Shown: positions 1 to 10,285 of the stretch, piece by piece
Layout: each line of letters starts with the position of its first letter
How positions within the stretch are numbered: position 1 is the first letter of the stretch
Assembly (NCBI GenBank): GCA_022072405.1
Contig: JAJVHX010000022.1
Span: forward strand, 22,618 to 86,617
Direction of reading: 5' to 3'
Source: Phycisphaerae bacterium
Lineage (GTDB): Bacteria > Planctomycetota > Phycisphaerae > UBA1845 > CAIVHJ01
Length of the DNA: 64,000 nucleotides
Made by a program: the position numbers and the translations under genes
Notes under the pieces: model-generated
Databases searched by the model: none
What the model was told of the DNA's origin: nothing
Seen by the model: only the letters and a program-made list of their open reading frames with translations

Positions 1-67
1 AATGATCAACATGCTGCCAACTTGTTGCCGGTACTGATTCACTCGGTGCATACCTCATTATGTTCGA

Positions 68-151
68 TGCCGGAGGAGGGACTTGAACCCACACTCTCTT
101 ACGAGAACGGGTTTTTGAAACCCGCGCGTCTGCCAATTTCGCCACTCCGGC
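68..151 (-). tRNA. tRNA-Leu (anticodon CAA), class II with long variable arm; CCA not encoded
   Basis: Reverse complement folds as acceptor GCCGGAG/CTCCGGC, D-arm GCG-AAATTGGCAGA-CGC, anticodon stem CGGGT/ACCCG with loop TTCAAAA (CAA), long variable arm, T-loop TTCAAGT, discriminator A. Confidence 0.72.
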
Positions 152-643
152 CGGTCTGGTGCCCCTGACGGACTCCAACCCAGTCAGGAAAATTTTTTGC
201 AGAAAATATTAATGATCCATTGTACACAGCAGTCACCGCCTCGCAAGTTTAGAAAATATTACCGTACCCGAGCGTTTTACTTGACATTCGCGCGGGCCTG
301 CTACTGCGTTTGGTGGAGAGCATGCAGCCGTAGTCGAACCGTAAAGTATGCACGCTACGCGTAATATCTGATATGTCACTGTAGATTCAGCGGCGTGTGC
401 AGGCCTGTTGTACATCACTCAGAGCGAAGATTGTCGGACTATAGTGAATGTCGATGCATTGACTTAGTAAGGATGAACTAGATGATCCTCTGTATGCCGA
501 GCGGCACGCCGCCTAGTTTCAAAATTGCGCTGATGTAACGTTGCCAACTTTACGATCTTTAGTTCGAAAGCTAGCAGCTGATGATTCCTGCCAGAGGCTG
601 GCGAATGTTAACGGGAATCGATGTTCGACAAGGAGACCGACGC

Positions 644-2620
644 ATGAGTAAAAAAATGAAACTGGGCACCAAGATTGCGGCAGGTTTTACAACCATGATT
701 ATACTGGCCGTCGTTTTAGGCGGCATGGCGGTCTGGAGTATGAAGAAGGTGCTCACGGATTCGGAACAGTTGGCGCAGGAGTATGTTCCGGAAGTGGCGG
801 TATCCAATGAAATCGAACGCTATGCCCTGCTGACCATGTATAATATGCGTGGGTATGCACTCGCGGAAGATACGTCCTTCCTGTCTGAAGCACAAAAGCA
901 TTATCAAGAAGTAGAGAAAAATCTGGGAGCAGCCCGCCAGTTGGCTGAAAAATCCCGACACCTGGTCAAATTGCGCGAAGCGGTAGAGAAAGCCGCCACT
1001 GAGACAGGTCATTATGGAAAATTGATGGAACAGACCGAAACCACGCTGGGATTGATACACCAGGATCGTGAACAGTTGAATCAATCGGCTGGTGACTTCA
1101 TGAAAGACTGTCTGGGGTTTCTGAATAGCCAGTTTGAACAGATGACCGTTGAAATACAAGCCGGAACCGGCGCCGAGAAACTGGAAGAGCGGCTGGAGAA
1201 AATCCGACTGACGCGTGAGGTGATCGGTCTGGTCAACGAATGTCGCATATCGGCATGGAAAGCGCAAGCCCAGCGCGATCCGTAGGTAATCCGGGCTGTC
1301 GATAAAAATTTCGATGATATTACTGCCAAGCTGCAAACGATCCGCAGTATGACCCGTCAGGAAGTCAATCTTAAAGCTCTGGATGAGGTGCTCGCGGCGG
1401 CGGCGGGTTACCGCCAGGTATTGCAAAGCCTGGTTGGTCATTGGACCGGGATGGAGAACATCGGTCGAGAACGTACCGTGGTGGGTACCAAAGTGCTTGA
1501 TAATGTGCAGGAAACAGCCCAGGCTGGCATCGAACACACGCAGAAAATAGCCGATACCGCCTCCCAGTCACTCCAGGTGTCATCAACCATCATGATCACC
1601 GGACTGGCCATTGCCTCGCTTCTGGGAATCATAATGGCTTTCGTGATCACGCGGGGCATTACCCGGCCTGTTAATCGTATCATCGCCGGTTTGAATGAAG
1701 GTGCCGACCAGGTCAATGATGCCTCCGCCCAGGTCTCCGCCGCATCACAGCAGTTGGCCGAAGGGGCCAGTGAGCAGGCTTCCAGCCTGGAAGAAACCAG
1801 CAGCGCGCTGGAAGAAATGTCCGCGATGACGCGAACCAATGCCGGCAATGCCAAGGAAGCGAATGAACTGAGCGTGCAGGCTCGCGAAGCGGCCAATCAG
1901 GGCGACAAGACCATGGCCGAACTGAATATCGCCATGTCGGCGATTAACGAATCTTCCGACAAAATCAGCAAGATCATCAAGGTCATTGAAGAGATTGCCT
2001 TTCAGACCAATCTGCTGGCGCTCAATGCCGCCGTGGAAGCAGCTCGTGCCGGTGAACATGGCAAGGAGTTTGCCGTGGTGGCGGACGAGGTGCGCAATCT
2101 GGCCCAGCGGGCCGCCCAGGCAGCTCGTGAAACGACCAGTCTGATCGAAGATTCCGTCGCCAAAGCGCAACAGGGAACCCAGGTGGCATCCGAGGTGGCC
2201 AAGGCGCTCAGTCAGATCGTCACCGACGCAGGAAAAGTATCCGAACTGATCAGCGGTATCAGTCGCGCCAGCGATGAGCAGGCTCAGGGGGTGGAGCAGA
2301 TCAACTCAGCAGTCAGTCAGATGGACAAGGTCACCCAGCAGAACGCTGCTGGCGCCGAAGAGTGTGCCTCTGCCTCGCAGGAACTGGCGACTCAGGCTCA
2401 GACCGTCAAGGGCATGGTCAACGAATTAACAACTCTGGTGCATGGCAATGTTCAACAATTTTCCAGTAGTAGTAGTACGCAGCAGAAGAAACGAAAACCA
2501 TCGGCACCAAAGGCTGCTGTTAAAAGTACTTCGCACGCTGCAATAACATCGTCATCAGCAGCAGCGACGGACGCAGATTTCATGGATTTAGGGGGTTCGA
2601 ATAATATTCATGAATTCTAA
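644..2620 (+). pseudogene. Methyl-accepting chemotaxis protein (TM1, four-helix-bundle periplasmic sensor, TM2, HAMP, MCP signalling domain) interrupted by one in-frame TAG at 1283-1285. The two pieces are ORFs 581..1285 and 1349..2620 in the same frame
   Basis: N-terminal piece has TM KIAAGFTTMIILAVVLGGMAVWSM plus sensor helices. The 21 codons after the TAG are open and continue the sensor ([22 protein letters not shown]...). The downstream piece has TM2 [23 protein letters not shown], and the canonical MCP motif [37 protein letters not shown]. Confidence 0.6.
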
Positions 2621-2650
2621 TACGAAGTAAAAACGGAAGCGTTCCCGTTC

Positions 2651-2680
2651 AGCCGCGTTCAAGAGACGCGGCTTTTTTTA
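2651..2680 (+). terminator. Rho-independent terminator (perfect 8-bp GC-rich stem AGCCGCGT/ACGCGGCT followed by T7) downstream of the MCP gene. Partly bidirectional for convergent recJ
   Basis: Sequence agccgcgttcaagagacgcggcttttttta. Confidence 0.75.
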
Positions 2681-2700
2681 TCTCACTACAACGCGCGATT

Positions 2701-4422
2701 TTATTGCGGAAATTGCAGGTCCAGGGCCTGCAGTTCGACGGCGGGAAATCCGCGAAAATCGTTGATGATCGGTTCGAAAGCAACCCGACAACGTCGATGG
2801 TCACGCAGTTCCTGCATCAGTGAACCCAGACCAAAGCCAATGGCCCGCCGCTGTACCTGGCCATCGGTTACGCTGAACTGCAGGTGATCCTTGGAAGCTC
2901 CCACCAGGCGAGGTTCACCCACCAGTTCCAGCCAATCGCTGGCCAATCGTGGCGTCGGATTACCCATACCAAATGGTCGCATCTCCTGAATGGTGCGTAC
3001 CGTCTGCTCATCCAGTGTGCGGAGCGGAATTTCCGCCTCCAACTCCAGGCGGGCTTGCAGGTCAGCAGCCGTCAACCGATTGTTGGCTTGGGTGATAAAT
3101 GCTTCGCGAAACGCGGGCAGTTGCAGTGTCGCAATCTTCAGGCCGGCCGCCATTCGATGGCCACCAAAACTCAGAAGAAACTCTCTGCATTGCTGCAGAG
3201 CGAGATCAAGCTCGAAATGGCGAACACTGCGGGCGCTGCCCTGGCCGACACCATTCGCCAGTGATACCAGCACCGTCGGGCGATGAAATTCATCAACCAG
3301 TCGCGAAGCCACAATACCAATGACTCCGGCATGCCAGTTTTCGTCCGCCAGCACAATCGCCCGGCAGCCGGGGCGATCCATTTCCTGATGGCGAACCATG
3401 TCGCGGGCCTGAGCGACTATTTTGCGCTCCAGACTCTGTCGAGCCCGGTTCTGTTCTTCGAGATAACGGGCGATTTCGCCGGCCCGCGTTGCATCTGCCC
3501 GGGTGAGCAATTCCAAAGCCAGCCGAGCGTGACCCATGCGACCGGCGGCGTTCAGCCGCGGAGCCAGTTTGAAGCCCACATCATAAGCATTGATTTTACT
3601 CCCCGTTAAACCGGCTGACTCGATCAAGGCCTGCAGACCCACGATTGAATTATTCGGCAACCCCGCCAGGCCAAAGCGCGCGATAATGCGATTTTCTCCG
3701 ATCAGCGGCACCACGTCAGCAATCGTTCCCAGCGCCGCCAGTCCCAGGACATTGAGCAGAAATTCACGCAGACTGCTGGACACTTTGGCAGAGTTGGATA
3801 ACTTCTGGGCCACGGCCCACGCCAGCTTGAACGCCACACCCGCGCCACACAGATGCGGATTGGGCGACGGACCGAGCGCCGTCGGGTGAACGATTTGTCG
3901 GCAATCGGGCAGTTCCGATTGAGGAGTGTGGTGATCGGTGATGATGAGTTCCATGCCCAGCTCGCGGGCCTGAGCGGCTGCGGCATGCGCGGTGATTCCG
4001 CAATCCACCGAAATGATCAGCCGGGCTCCATCCTGCTGCAGTTTATGGATCGATTCCACATTGATGCCGTAGCCTTCTTCGAGCCGATGCGGGACATACC
4101 AATCCACATGACCGCCAGCCAGCGACAGCAGATGCCACAGCATGGCTGTGCCGGTAATACCATCCACATCATAATCGCCGTAAAGCACGATTTTCTGCTG
4201 CTGGTGGAGGGCGCCGACAATATATTCCGCCGCGGCCATTGCTCCGGGCAAAGTCTGCGGATCGAGCAGATCAGTCATCTGCGGCTGTAAGAAGGCGCGA
4301 TAATTACTGCCATCCAGACCGCGATTATAAAGCAGTTGGGCGATGAGTGGGTGAACCTGCCAGGCACGAGCTTGTGACTCGCACTCCGGCCAGGGCGGAG
4401 ATATGTTCCATTCCTTGGACAT
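2701..4422 (-). CDS. recJ: Single-stranded-DNA-specific 5'-3' exonuclease RecJ (DHH/DHHA1 phosphoesterase)
   Basis: DHH family motifs VLYGDYDVDGITGTAML, ITDHH, GGGH... and size (573 aa) typical of RecJ. Confidence 0.85.
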   Translation of the reverse strand: MSKEWNISPPWPECESQARAWQVHPLIAQLLYNRGLDGSNYRAFLQPQMTDLLDPQTLPGAMAAAEYIVGALHQQQKIVLYGDYDVDGITGTAMLWHLLSLAGGHVDWYVPHRLEEGYGINVESIHKLQQDGARLIISVDCGITAHAAAAQARELGMELIITDHHTPQSELPDCRQIVHPTALGPSPNPHLCGAGVAFKLAWAVAQKLSNSAKVSSSLREFLLNVLGLAALGTIADVVPLIGENRIIARFGLAGLPNNSIVGLQALIESAGLTGSKINAYDVGFKLAPRLNAAGRMGHARLALELLTRADATRAGEIARYLEEQNRARQSLERKIVAQARDMVRHQEMDRPGCRAIVLADENWHAGVIGIVASRLVDEFHRPTVLVSLANGVGQGSARSVRHFELDLALQQCREFLLSFGGHRMAAGLKIATLQLPAFREAFITQANNRLTAADLQARLELEAEIPLRTLDEQTVRTIQEMRPFGMGNPTPRLASDWLELVGEPRLVGASKDHLQFSVTDGQVQRRAIGFGLGSLMQELRDHRRCRVAFEPIINDFRGFPAVELQALDLQFPQ

Positions 4423-4562
4423 CGAGTACCATCCTGGTGAACTGATTTACAGTGTAGCGCTGATTGCCCGCCTCCACAAGGGCGTAACACTGAAAAGATT
4501 TCACCGCTATGACTAGTTGGGCATAGCGCTACGAAGGAACAGCACTTGGCAAGCCAAGGAGC

Positions 4563-6407
4563 ATGTATATGCCTGGACTGGGAGCACATTACGATCACAA
4601 AATTTGTGAAACGATCTTTGAGGTCTGGGCACCCTCAGCCCGGCAGGTGCGGGTAGAACTGGCGGCAGGATCAAATAAATATGAATTGAATCGTGCGCCA
4701 GATGGATACTTCAAAGGTCAGTTCTCGATTCAACCTGGGGCTGAATACTATTACACACTGGATCATCAGGCTAGACGACCCGACCCGGCTTCACGTTATC
4801 AACCTCACGGCGTGCATGGACCATCAGCGGTGGTGGATCAATCTTACCCGTGGCAGGATCAGTCCTGGCGGGGGGTGGCGTGGGACCAGTTGGTTATCTA
4901 CGAACTGCATGTCGGCACCTTCACCTCACCGGGTACATTAACCGCGATAATCCTGCACCTGGATGAACTGGTGGAGTTGGGTATCACCGCGCTCGAATTA
5001 ATGCCGATCGCACAGTTTCCCGGTACGCGCAATTGGGGTTATGACGGGGTCTGCCCCTTTGCGGTGCAGAACAGTTATGGCGGTCCCGCCGCATTAAAAC
5101 AACTGGTCGACGCCTGCCATCAGCGTGGCTTGGCGGTATTGCTGGATGTGGTATACAACCATGTCGGGCCGGAGGGGAATTATCTGGCTGAATTCGGCCC
5201 CTATTTTTCCGATGAATTCCGCACGCCCTGGGGAGCCGCCATGAATTTTACTGGCCCATACAGTGATGCGGTGCGACGGTTCTGCATTGAAAATGCTCTC
5301 TACTGGCTGAACGATTGTCATCTGGATGGACTTCGCCTTGATTCAGTCCATGCTATTTATGACCAGAGCGCCCGACCATTCCTCGCCGAGTTGAGTCACG
5401 CGGTGCAGGAGTTCGCCAAAGCCAGCGGACGCCGGCTGCACCTGATCGCGGAAAGTAATCAGAATGATCCTCGACTTGTGCAACCTGTCGAACAAAACGG
5501 AATGGGTCTGAATGGCATGTGGAACGATGATTATCATCACGCTCTACATGCTCGTCTGACCGGTGAATGCGATGGTTACTACGCTGGTTTCGGCGAGGTG
5601 CATCATCTTGCCACAGCGCTGCAAGAAGGCCTGGTTTACCGGGGAGAATATTGTCCCTATCGACAGCGTCGTCACGGCCAGCCCCTTGGAAGAGTACCCG
5701 TTAAACGACTGATCAACTCCGCTCAGACTCACGATCAGATCGGCAATCGTATGCTCGGTGAGAGACTGACCACGCTAGTCGAACCGGCGGCGCTACGCCT
5801 GGCGGCGGCTGTGACCTTATTGGGACCGGCAACTCCGATGCTTTTTATGGGTGAGGAATATGGAGAAACCGCGCCGTTTCAATTCTTTATCAACCATAGC
5901 GATCGGCAACTGATCGAAGCCGTTCGAAATGGCCGGAAGCAGGAATTCGCCGCGTTCGCCTGGAAAGGAGTCACTCCCGATCCGCAGTCGGAAAGTACAT
6001 TTCAGAACAGCCGGTTAAATCAGACCCTGAAACAACAATCTCACCATCGCGCAATATGGGAATTATATCACCGCTGCCTGACTCTTCGCCGTGAACTGCA
6101 GCCGCATATCTATGAACCCGCAGCGCAACGGAAAATCATGGAGTATCCTAATGGCCTGATCGTATTGGAATATCAATGGGTGAATCAGCGGGCAGCGATG
6201 ATCATTAATTTTAATAACTGGGAGATCGAGTCACCGCAACCACCAATGCCAGCGGGAAAGTGGAACAAGCGACTGGATACCGCTGATCCGCAGTGGGGAG
6301 GAACCGGCAGCAGTTACGGTGAACAATTGCTAACCAGTGATCAGACCCCATGGTGTTTATCCCCCTGGCAGGTACTGTTGCTGACGCCCACCGCTACAGA
6401 TGAGTAG
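4563..6407 (+). CDS. treZ: Malto-oligosyltrehalose trehalohydrolase (GH13, TreZ-like)
   Basis: GH13 catalytic regions LELMPIAQFPGTRNWGYDGV, GLAVLLDVVYNHVGPEGNY, DGLRLDSVHAI, and N-terminal E-set-like domain. Architecture typical of TreZ. Confidence 0.75.
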   Translation: MYMPGLGAHYDHKICETIFEVWAPSARQVRVELAAGSNKYELNRAPDGYFKGQFSIQPGAEYYYTLDHQARRPDPASRYQPHGVHGPSAVVDQSYPWQDQSWRGVAWDQLVIYELHVGTFTSPGTLTAIILHLDELVELGITALELMPIAQFPGTRNWGYDGVCPFAVQNSYGGPAALKQLVDACHQRGLAVLLDVVYNHVGPEGNYLAEFGPYFSDEFRTPWGAAMNFTGPYSDAVRRFCIENALYWLNDCHLDGLRLDSVHAIYDQSARPFLAELSHAVQEFAKASGRRLHLIAESNQNDPRLVQPVEQNGMGLNGMWNDDYHHALHARLTGECDGYYAGFGEVHHLATALQEGLVYRGEYCPYRQRRHGQPLGRVPVKRLINSAQTHDQIGNRMLGERLTTLVEPAALRLAAAVTLLGPATPMLFMGEEYGETAPFQFFINHSDRQLIEAVRNGRKQEFAAFAWKGVTPDPQSESTFQNSRLNQTLKQQSHHRAIWELYHRCLTLRRELQPHIYEPAAQRKIMEYPNGLIVLEYQWVNQRAAMIINFNNWEIESPQPPMPAGKWNKRLDTADPQWGGTGSSYGEQLLTSDQTPWCLSPWQVLLLTPTATDE

Positions 6408-6489
6408 AAGCGGATTCAGAATTCAATGAGCCGAGGGCTTTAGCCCGCGCGAAGCTTCAATTGGTGATTTTGAGATCAGGTCTAGTATT

Positions 6490-9345
6490 CTATGGGTTGA
6501 TCAATAGCGGTCGATATTGATCCGCCTGAGCAGGTTGATTCCAGGCTTCATAGAGGGCGATCAGGCGCTGCAGCGCCGTCTGTGTCTGAGTATCTTCCAC
6601 ACCCTTGGCTTCGCGCAGTTGGTTGAAGCCGTCGAGTAGTAGAGGCTCTGCATCCGTGTAACGCTGCTGGTGAGTCAGTGTGTTGCCCAGCGCACTGGCG
6701 GTCGCAGCAGTCGTCCAATGGCCGGCAGGTTGCAGCAGTTGACGCATTTGCCAGCATTCCCGATACCTGGTTTCCGCTTCCGCCCAGCGTTCCTGCTTTT
6801 CAAAAAGATCACCTAACGCGAACAGCGACTGGGCAGTCTGCGGATGCTGCTCACCCAAACTCTGCTGACGGAGAGTCAGTGCTTCGGTAAGCAGTGGTTC
6901 GGCGGCATTCAGTTCACCCTGGGCAATCAGCACTTTGGCCAAATTGGCTTCTCGTGTGGCAATACTCTGGGGATTATCCGCTTCCACACTGCGGGTCATC
7001 TGCACCGCTACTTCGAGGCGCTGGCGGGCTTCAATTAATTCACCCTGATTGAGCAGGGTCATTCCCAGATTGTTCAGCGCCGATGCAGCCGCTGGACTCG
7101 ACGGACCATATTGCGTGATTTCAGCAGCCAGAATATCACGAAAGACTGTTTCGGCTGAGGCGTATTCTCCCTTTCCATATAATATCGCCGCCAGATTGTT
7201 GCGGGCGATATTGAGCATCTGATGATTCGGGCTGAGTAGCTGGGTGCTCAGAAGCAAACTTTCTTCAAGCAGGGTCTGTGCTTCATCCAGCCGATTCTGA
7301 GCGTAAATTGTTTCCGCCAGATTAATTTTCAGTTCAACGATGGATGAGTGATTTTCACCAGCAAAATCGATCATCATGGCCAGGGCCTGGCGATAAAGCG
7401 TTTCTGCTTCCGCATCATGACCTCGGACCCGCTGCAACCGAGCCTGCTCTTCCAGATGACCGGCGATGCGGATGTGATCTTCACCCCACAATCGTAGGCC
7501 CATGCTTTGGGCTTCGGAGAGGAGTGGCTCAGCCTCGTCCAGCTTCCCACTTCCCAGCAGAAAATTACCCAGCTTGGAGAGGGCATTTTCCACGTCAGGA
7601 TGATCCTGCGGATGAGCCGTCCGCAAGAGTTCCAGTGTCTGGCGATATAGATTTTCAGCTTCAGCTATCTGACCGGTATTCGCGTAATAAGAAGCCAGAT
7701 CATTCATGATCTGGGAGATTTCCGGCGATCCGGCGGGCAATAGCTGCTGGCGAATTTGAAGTGCAGAATCCAACTCCGGCTTGGCTTCGTTATAACGACC
7801 CGCAGCCTGTAATATCTGACCTAGAATGTAGTGTGACTTCGCAACGGTCAGATGTTGAGCACCCAGCAGATCGATCTGGATCTGAAGGGCGGTGCGCAGT
7901 AGTTGCTCCGCTTCAGGATACTCAGCCTGATGTCCGCGCAGGTAGCCAATGGCCGCCTGAGTAGCCGCCGTGTCGATGTGATGCACGCCAAACAACTGCT
8001 GACGAAGCGTTAAAGCCCGCTGCAACTGTTCATCCGCTTCTGGATAGAGACTCAGTGCCGTGTAAGCTTCCCCCATCGTCTGCCGTACCGCTGCCTCCAC
8101 CTCTGGAAAGTCCTGTAGCTGAGTAGTGGCGTCACTGGCTGCCTGATCCAGAACTTCGCGTACGGTGATATCCGTGCCCCCAATATCTGGATTGATGGAA
8201 GCCAGCATCTCCTGCAGGAAGTCACTGATATGCTGTGCGACCTGGCGGGCCTGCGTTTCATTCTGTCGGGCCCGATCCGAAAGTTGCCAGAGTGAAAAAG
8301 TGATGATCGAAAAGCCAGCCACGACTATAAACAGCAGGATGGCCGATATAAATGGCCCTCGATGTCGTCGGGCCAATTTCCCCAGCTGGTAGGTCAATGT
8401 GGGGGGGTGGGCCTGGATGGCTTCGCCGCGCAGATATCGCCGTATGTCATCAGCTAAATCGGTTACTGATTGATAGCGTCGACTCGGCTCCTTGTCGAGA
8501 CATTTGAGGACGATCAGCTCCAGTTCTCGATCCAGTTCCGGACGCAGGCGACTGGGCGAGAGCGGCTGAGCCTGTTCGATGCGTGTGACCGCTTCCGTCA
8601 GGTTGGTACCGACTGGATAGGGCAATTGGCCGGTCAGCATCTCATACAGCACAATGCCAAGTGAATAGAGATCCGATCGGGTATCGATTTTTTCCGGCTG
8701 ACCATGCAACTGTTCTGGTGCTGCATAGGCCAGCGTACCGGCGAATTGCATGGTGAGCGTCTGCAGCACCGGCTCGGAAATCAGCCGGGCCAATCCGAAA
8801 TCAAGGACATGGGGCTGGTCCTCACGATCCACCAGAATGTTGCCCGGCTTGATATCCCGATGCAGCACGCCGCGCTGATGAGCATGTTCCAGGGCGGTAC
8901 AGACCCGCAGAAACACTTCCAGTTGGTCGCGTAAAGCACGCGGGGTACCGGTATCGGTATGGGCCCAGCGGGTAATGGGCTGGCCTTCGATCCACTCCAT
9001 GGCCAACAGCGGCTGGCCATCCACATCTTCGCGGCTGAAAACGGTGACGATATTGGGATGCTTCAATTGGGCGGCGACTTCGATTTCCCGTTCAAAACGC
9101 AACCGGGCCTGCTGACTGGTGAGGGATCCGGCGAGCAATCGCTTGATGGCCACATCCCGTCCCGTACCGGGTTGCCGGGCGCGATAAACAATACCCTGCC
9201 CGCCGCGATTAATCTCGGCCAGCAGTTCAAAGCGGCCGAGTTGCCCCAGCACCAGCGGGGCTTCAGCGTCGCGTAACTGGCTGAGCCAACTATCGTCGGC
9301 CCGATCCAGCAGAAAATCAGCCATTTCCGGATTCAGCTTGACCAT
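6490..9345 (-). CDS. Membrane Ser/Thr protein kinase with C-terminal TPR-repeat domain
   Basis: Hanks kinase motifs GQGIVYRARQ, VAIKRL, HRDIKPGNILVD, DFGLA. One TM (ISAILLFIVVAGFSIITFSLW) followed by about 550 aa of TPR-like repeats. Confidence 0.85.
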   Translation of the reverse strand: MVKLNPEMADFLLDRADDSWLSQLRDAEAPLVLGQLGRFELLAEINRGGQGIVYRARQPGTGRDVAIKRLLAGSLTSQQARLRFEREIEVAAQLKHPNIVTVFSREDVDGQPLLAMEWIEGQPITRWAHTDTGTPRALRDQLEVFLRVCTALEHAHQRGVLHRDIKPGNILVDREDQPHVLDFGLARLISEPVLQTLTMQFAGTLAYAAPEQLHGQPEKIDTRSDLYSLGIVLYEMLTGQLPYPVGTNLTEAVTRIEQAQPLSPSRLRPELDRELELIVLKCLDKEPSRRYQSVTDLADDIRRYLRGEAIQAHPPTLTYQLGKLARRHRGPFISAILLFIVVAGFSIITFSLWQLSDRARQNETQARQVAQHISDFLQEMLASINPDIGGTDITVREVLDQAASDATTQLQDFPEVEAAVRQTMGEAYTALSLYPEADEQLQRALTLRQQLFGVHHIDTAATQAAIGYLRGHQAEYPEAEQLLRTALQIQIDLLGAQHLTVAKSHYILGQILQAAGRYNEAKPELDSALQIRQQLLPAGSPEISQIMNDLASYYANTGQIAEAENLYRQTLELLRTAHPQDHPDVENALSKLGNFLLGSGKLDEAEPLLSEAQSMGLRLWGEDHIRIAGHLEEQARLQRVRGHDAEAETLYRQALAMMIDFAGENHSSIVELKINLAETIYAQNRLDEAQTLLEESLLLSTQLLSPNHQMLNIARNNLAAILYGKGEYASAETVFRDILAAEITQYGPSSPAAASALNNLGMTLLNQGELIEARQRLEVAVQMTRSVEADNPQSIATREANLAKVLIAQGELNAAEPLLTEALTLRQQSLGEQHPQTAQSLFALGDLFEKQERWAEAETRYRECWQMRQLLQPAGHWTTAATASALGNTLTHQQRYTDAEPLLLDGFNQLREAKGVEDTQTQTALQRLIALYEAWNQPAQADQYRPLLINP

Positions 9346-9964
9346 GAGCGGACAAAACTCCTGTTATGGAGTGGGACCACAAATCTTCTTCAGCGATCTG
9401 GGCGGCAATCAGTTCCTTCAGGCGGTCTCGGATTCGCTGCTTGATCTTGTGTACCGCCTGGGTACTGAGTTGAAATGTATCAGCCACCACCGCTACCGTA
9501 TCACCCGCCAGCAATCGATCAAACACCTGAACACTGCGGGCTTCATAAGTTTGGCGGACGGTGCTCATCGCCAGGCGATAGTGATGATGAATCCATTCCT
9601 GTTCCCAGGCCGCATCCGTTTCATTCGATCCGTCGGCATGGGGTACGGTGGCCAGCACTACTGTATCTAGTGTCTGATCCGCATGATTTGGACGGCGGTA
9701 CAACTGAAAGACCGCGTTGCGGATCGTCTTATAAAGATAACTGCGAAACCGGCCAACTTGTGGCGAATACTCAAAATGGGGCAACGCCTTGGTCAGACTG
9801 AGCATCACCATCTGGCGGACATCTTCCGCATCTGTGGCTTGCAGATTCAGTCGGCGACAATAGCGCAGGATCAAATCTCGATAACGGGTATCAAACTCCC
9901 GCCAGGCAGTTTGATCCGCCGGATCGCAGACTCGTAATAATAGTGACGGTTGGGTTGTATCCAT
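9317..9964 (-). CDS. ECF-type RNA polymerase sigma factor co-encoded with the downstream Ser/Thr kinase (29-bp overlap)
   Basis: Sigma-70 region 2 and region 4 HTH (VVADTFQLSTQAVHKIKQRIRDRLKE). The planctomycete-type ECF-STK pairing is established knowledge. Confidence 0.75.
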   Translation of the reverse strand: MDTTQPSLLLRVCDPADQTAWREFDTRYRDLILRYCRRLNLQATDAEDVRQMVMLSLTKALPHFEYSPQVGRFRSYLYKTIRNAVFQLYRRPNHADQTLDTVVLATVPHADGSNETDAAWEQEWIHHHYRLAMSTVRQTYEARSVQVFDRLLAGDTVAVVADTFQLSTQAVHKIKQRIRDRLKELIAAQIAEEDLWSHSITGVLSAHGQAESGNG

Positions 9965-10285
9965 CCCTTTTCCGATTTGACAGGTTACCAGCCATCGCCG
10001 CTTCAGGATATCGTAATAATGATCACAAATGAATGTAAAGTAAATAGATATTAGAACTTGGCAAAAACATACCCATAAAAATAAATTTGTTTTTCATGTC
10101 CAAAATGACCGTCTGGATCACTAATAACTGGCAGCGCCGGGTGCACCTGCTGTGCGTAACGGTTTTGGCCCACTGCAGGAATAAGCGGAAAAGTATTGCC
10201 GGACATGGCCTGATCAGGGATATAATCATTATTCATCCTGCACACGCTGAGGAATTAGTGCAATCTTTAGAGGAGAGATAACCCG

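Noticed and set aside
233-418. 61-aa ORF near the tRNA-Leu
   Set aside because: Low-complexity, AT-rich context, no RBS. Probably non-coding promoter region
716-2202. Long antisense ORFs (716..1537, 1438..1896, 1745..2170, 2002..2202) overlapping the chemoreceptor gene
   Set aside because: Frame-shadow ORFs typical of GC-biased coding DNA. The sense strand encodes an unmistakable MCP
581-2620. Treating 581..1285 and 1349..2620 as two independent genes
   Set aside because: Same frame, open linker, and domain continuity (sensor, TM2, HAMP) show one gene interrupted by a single stop
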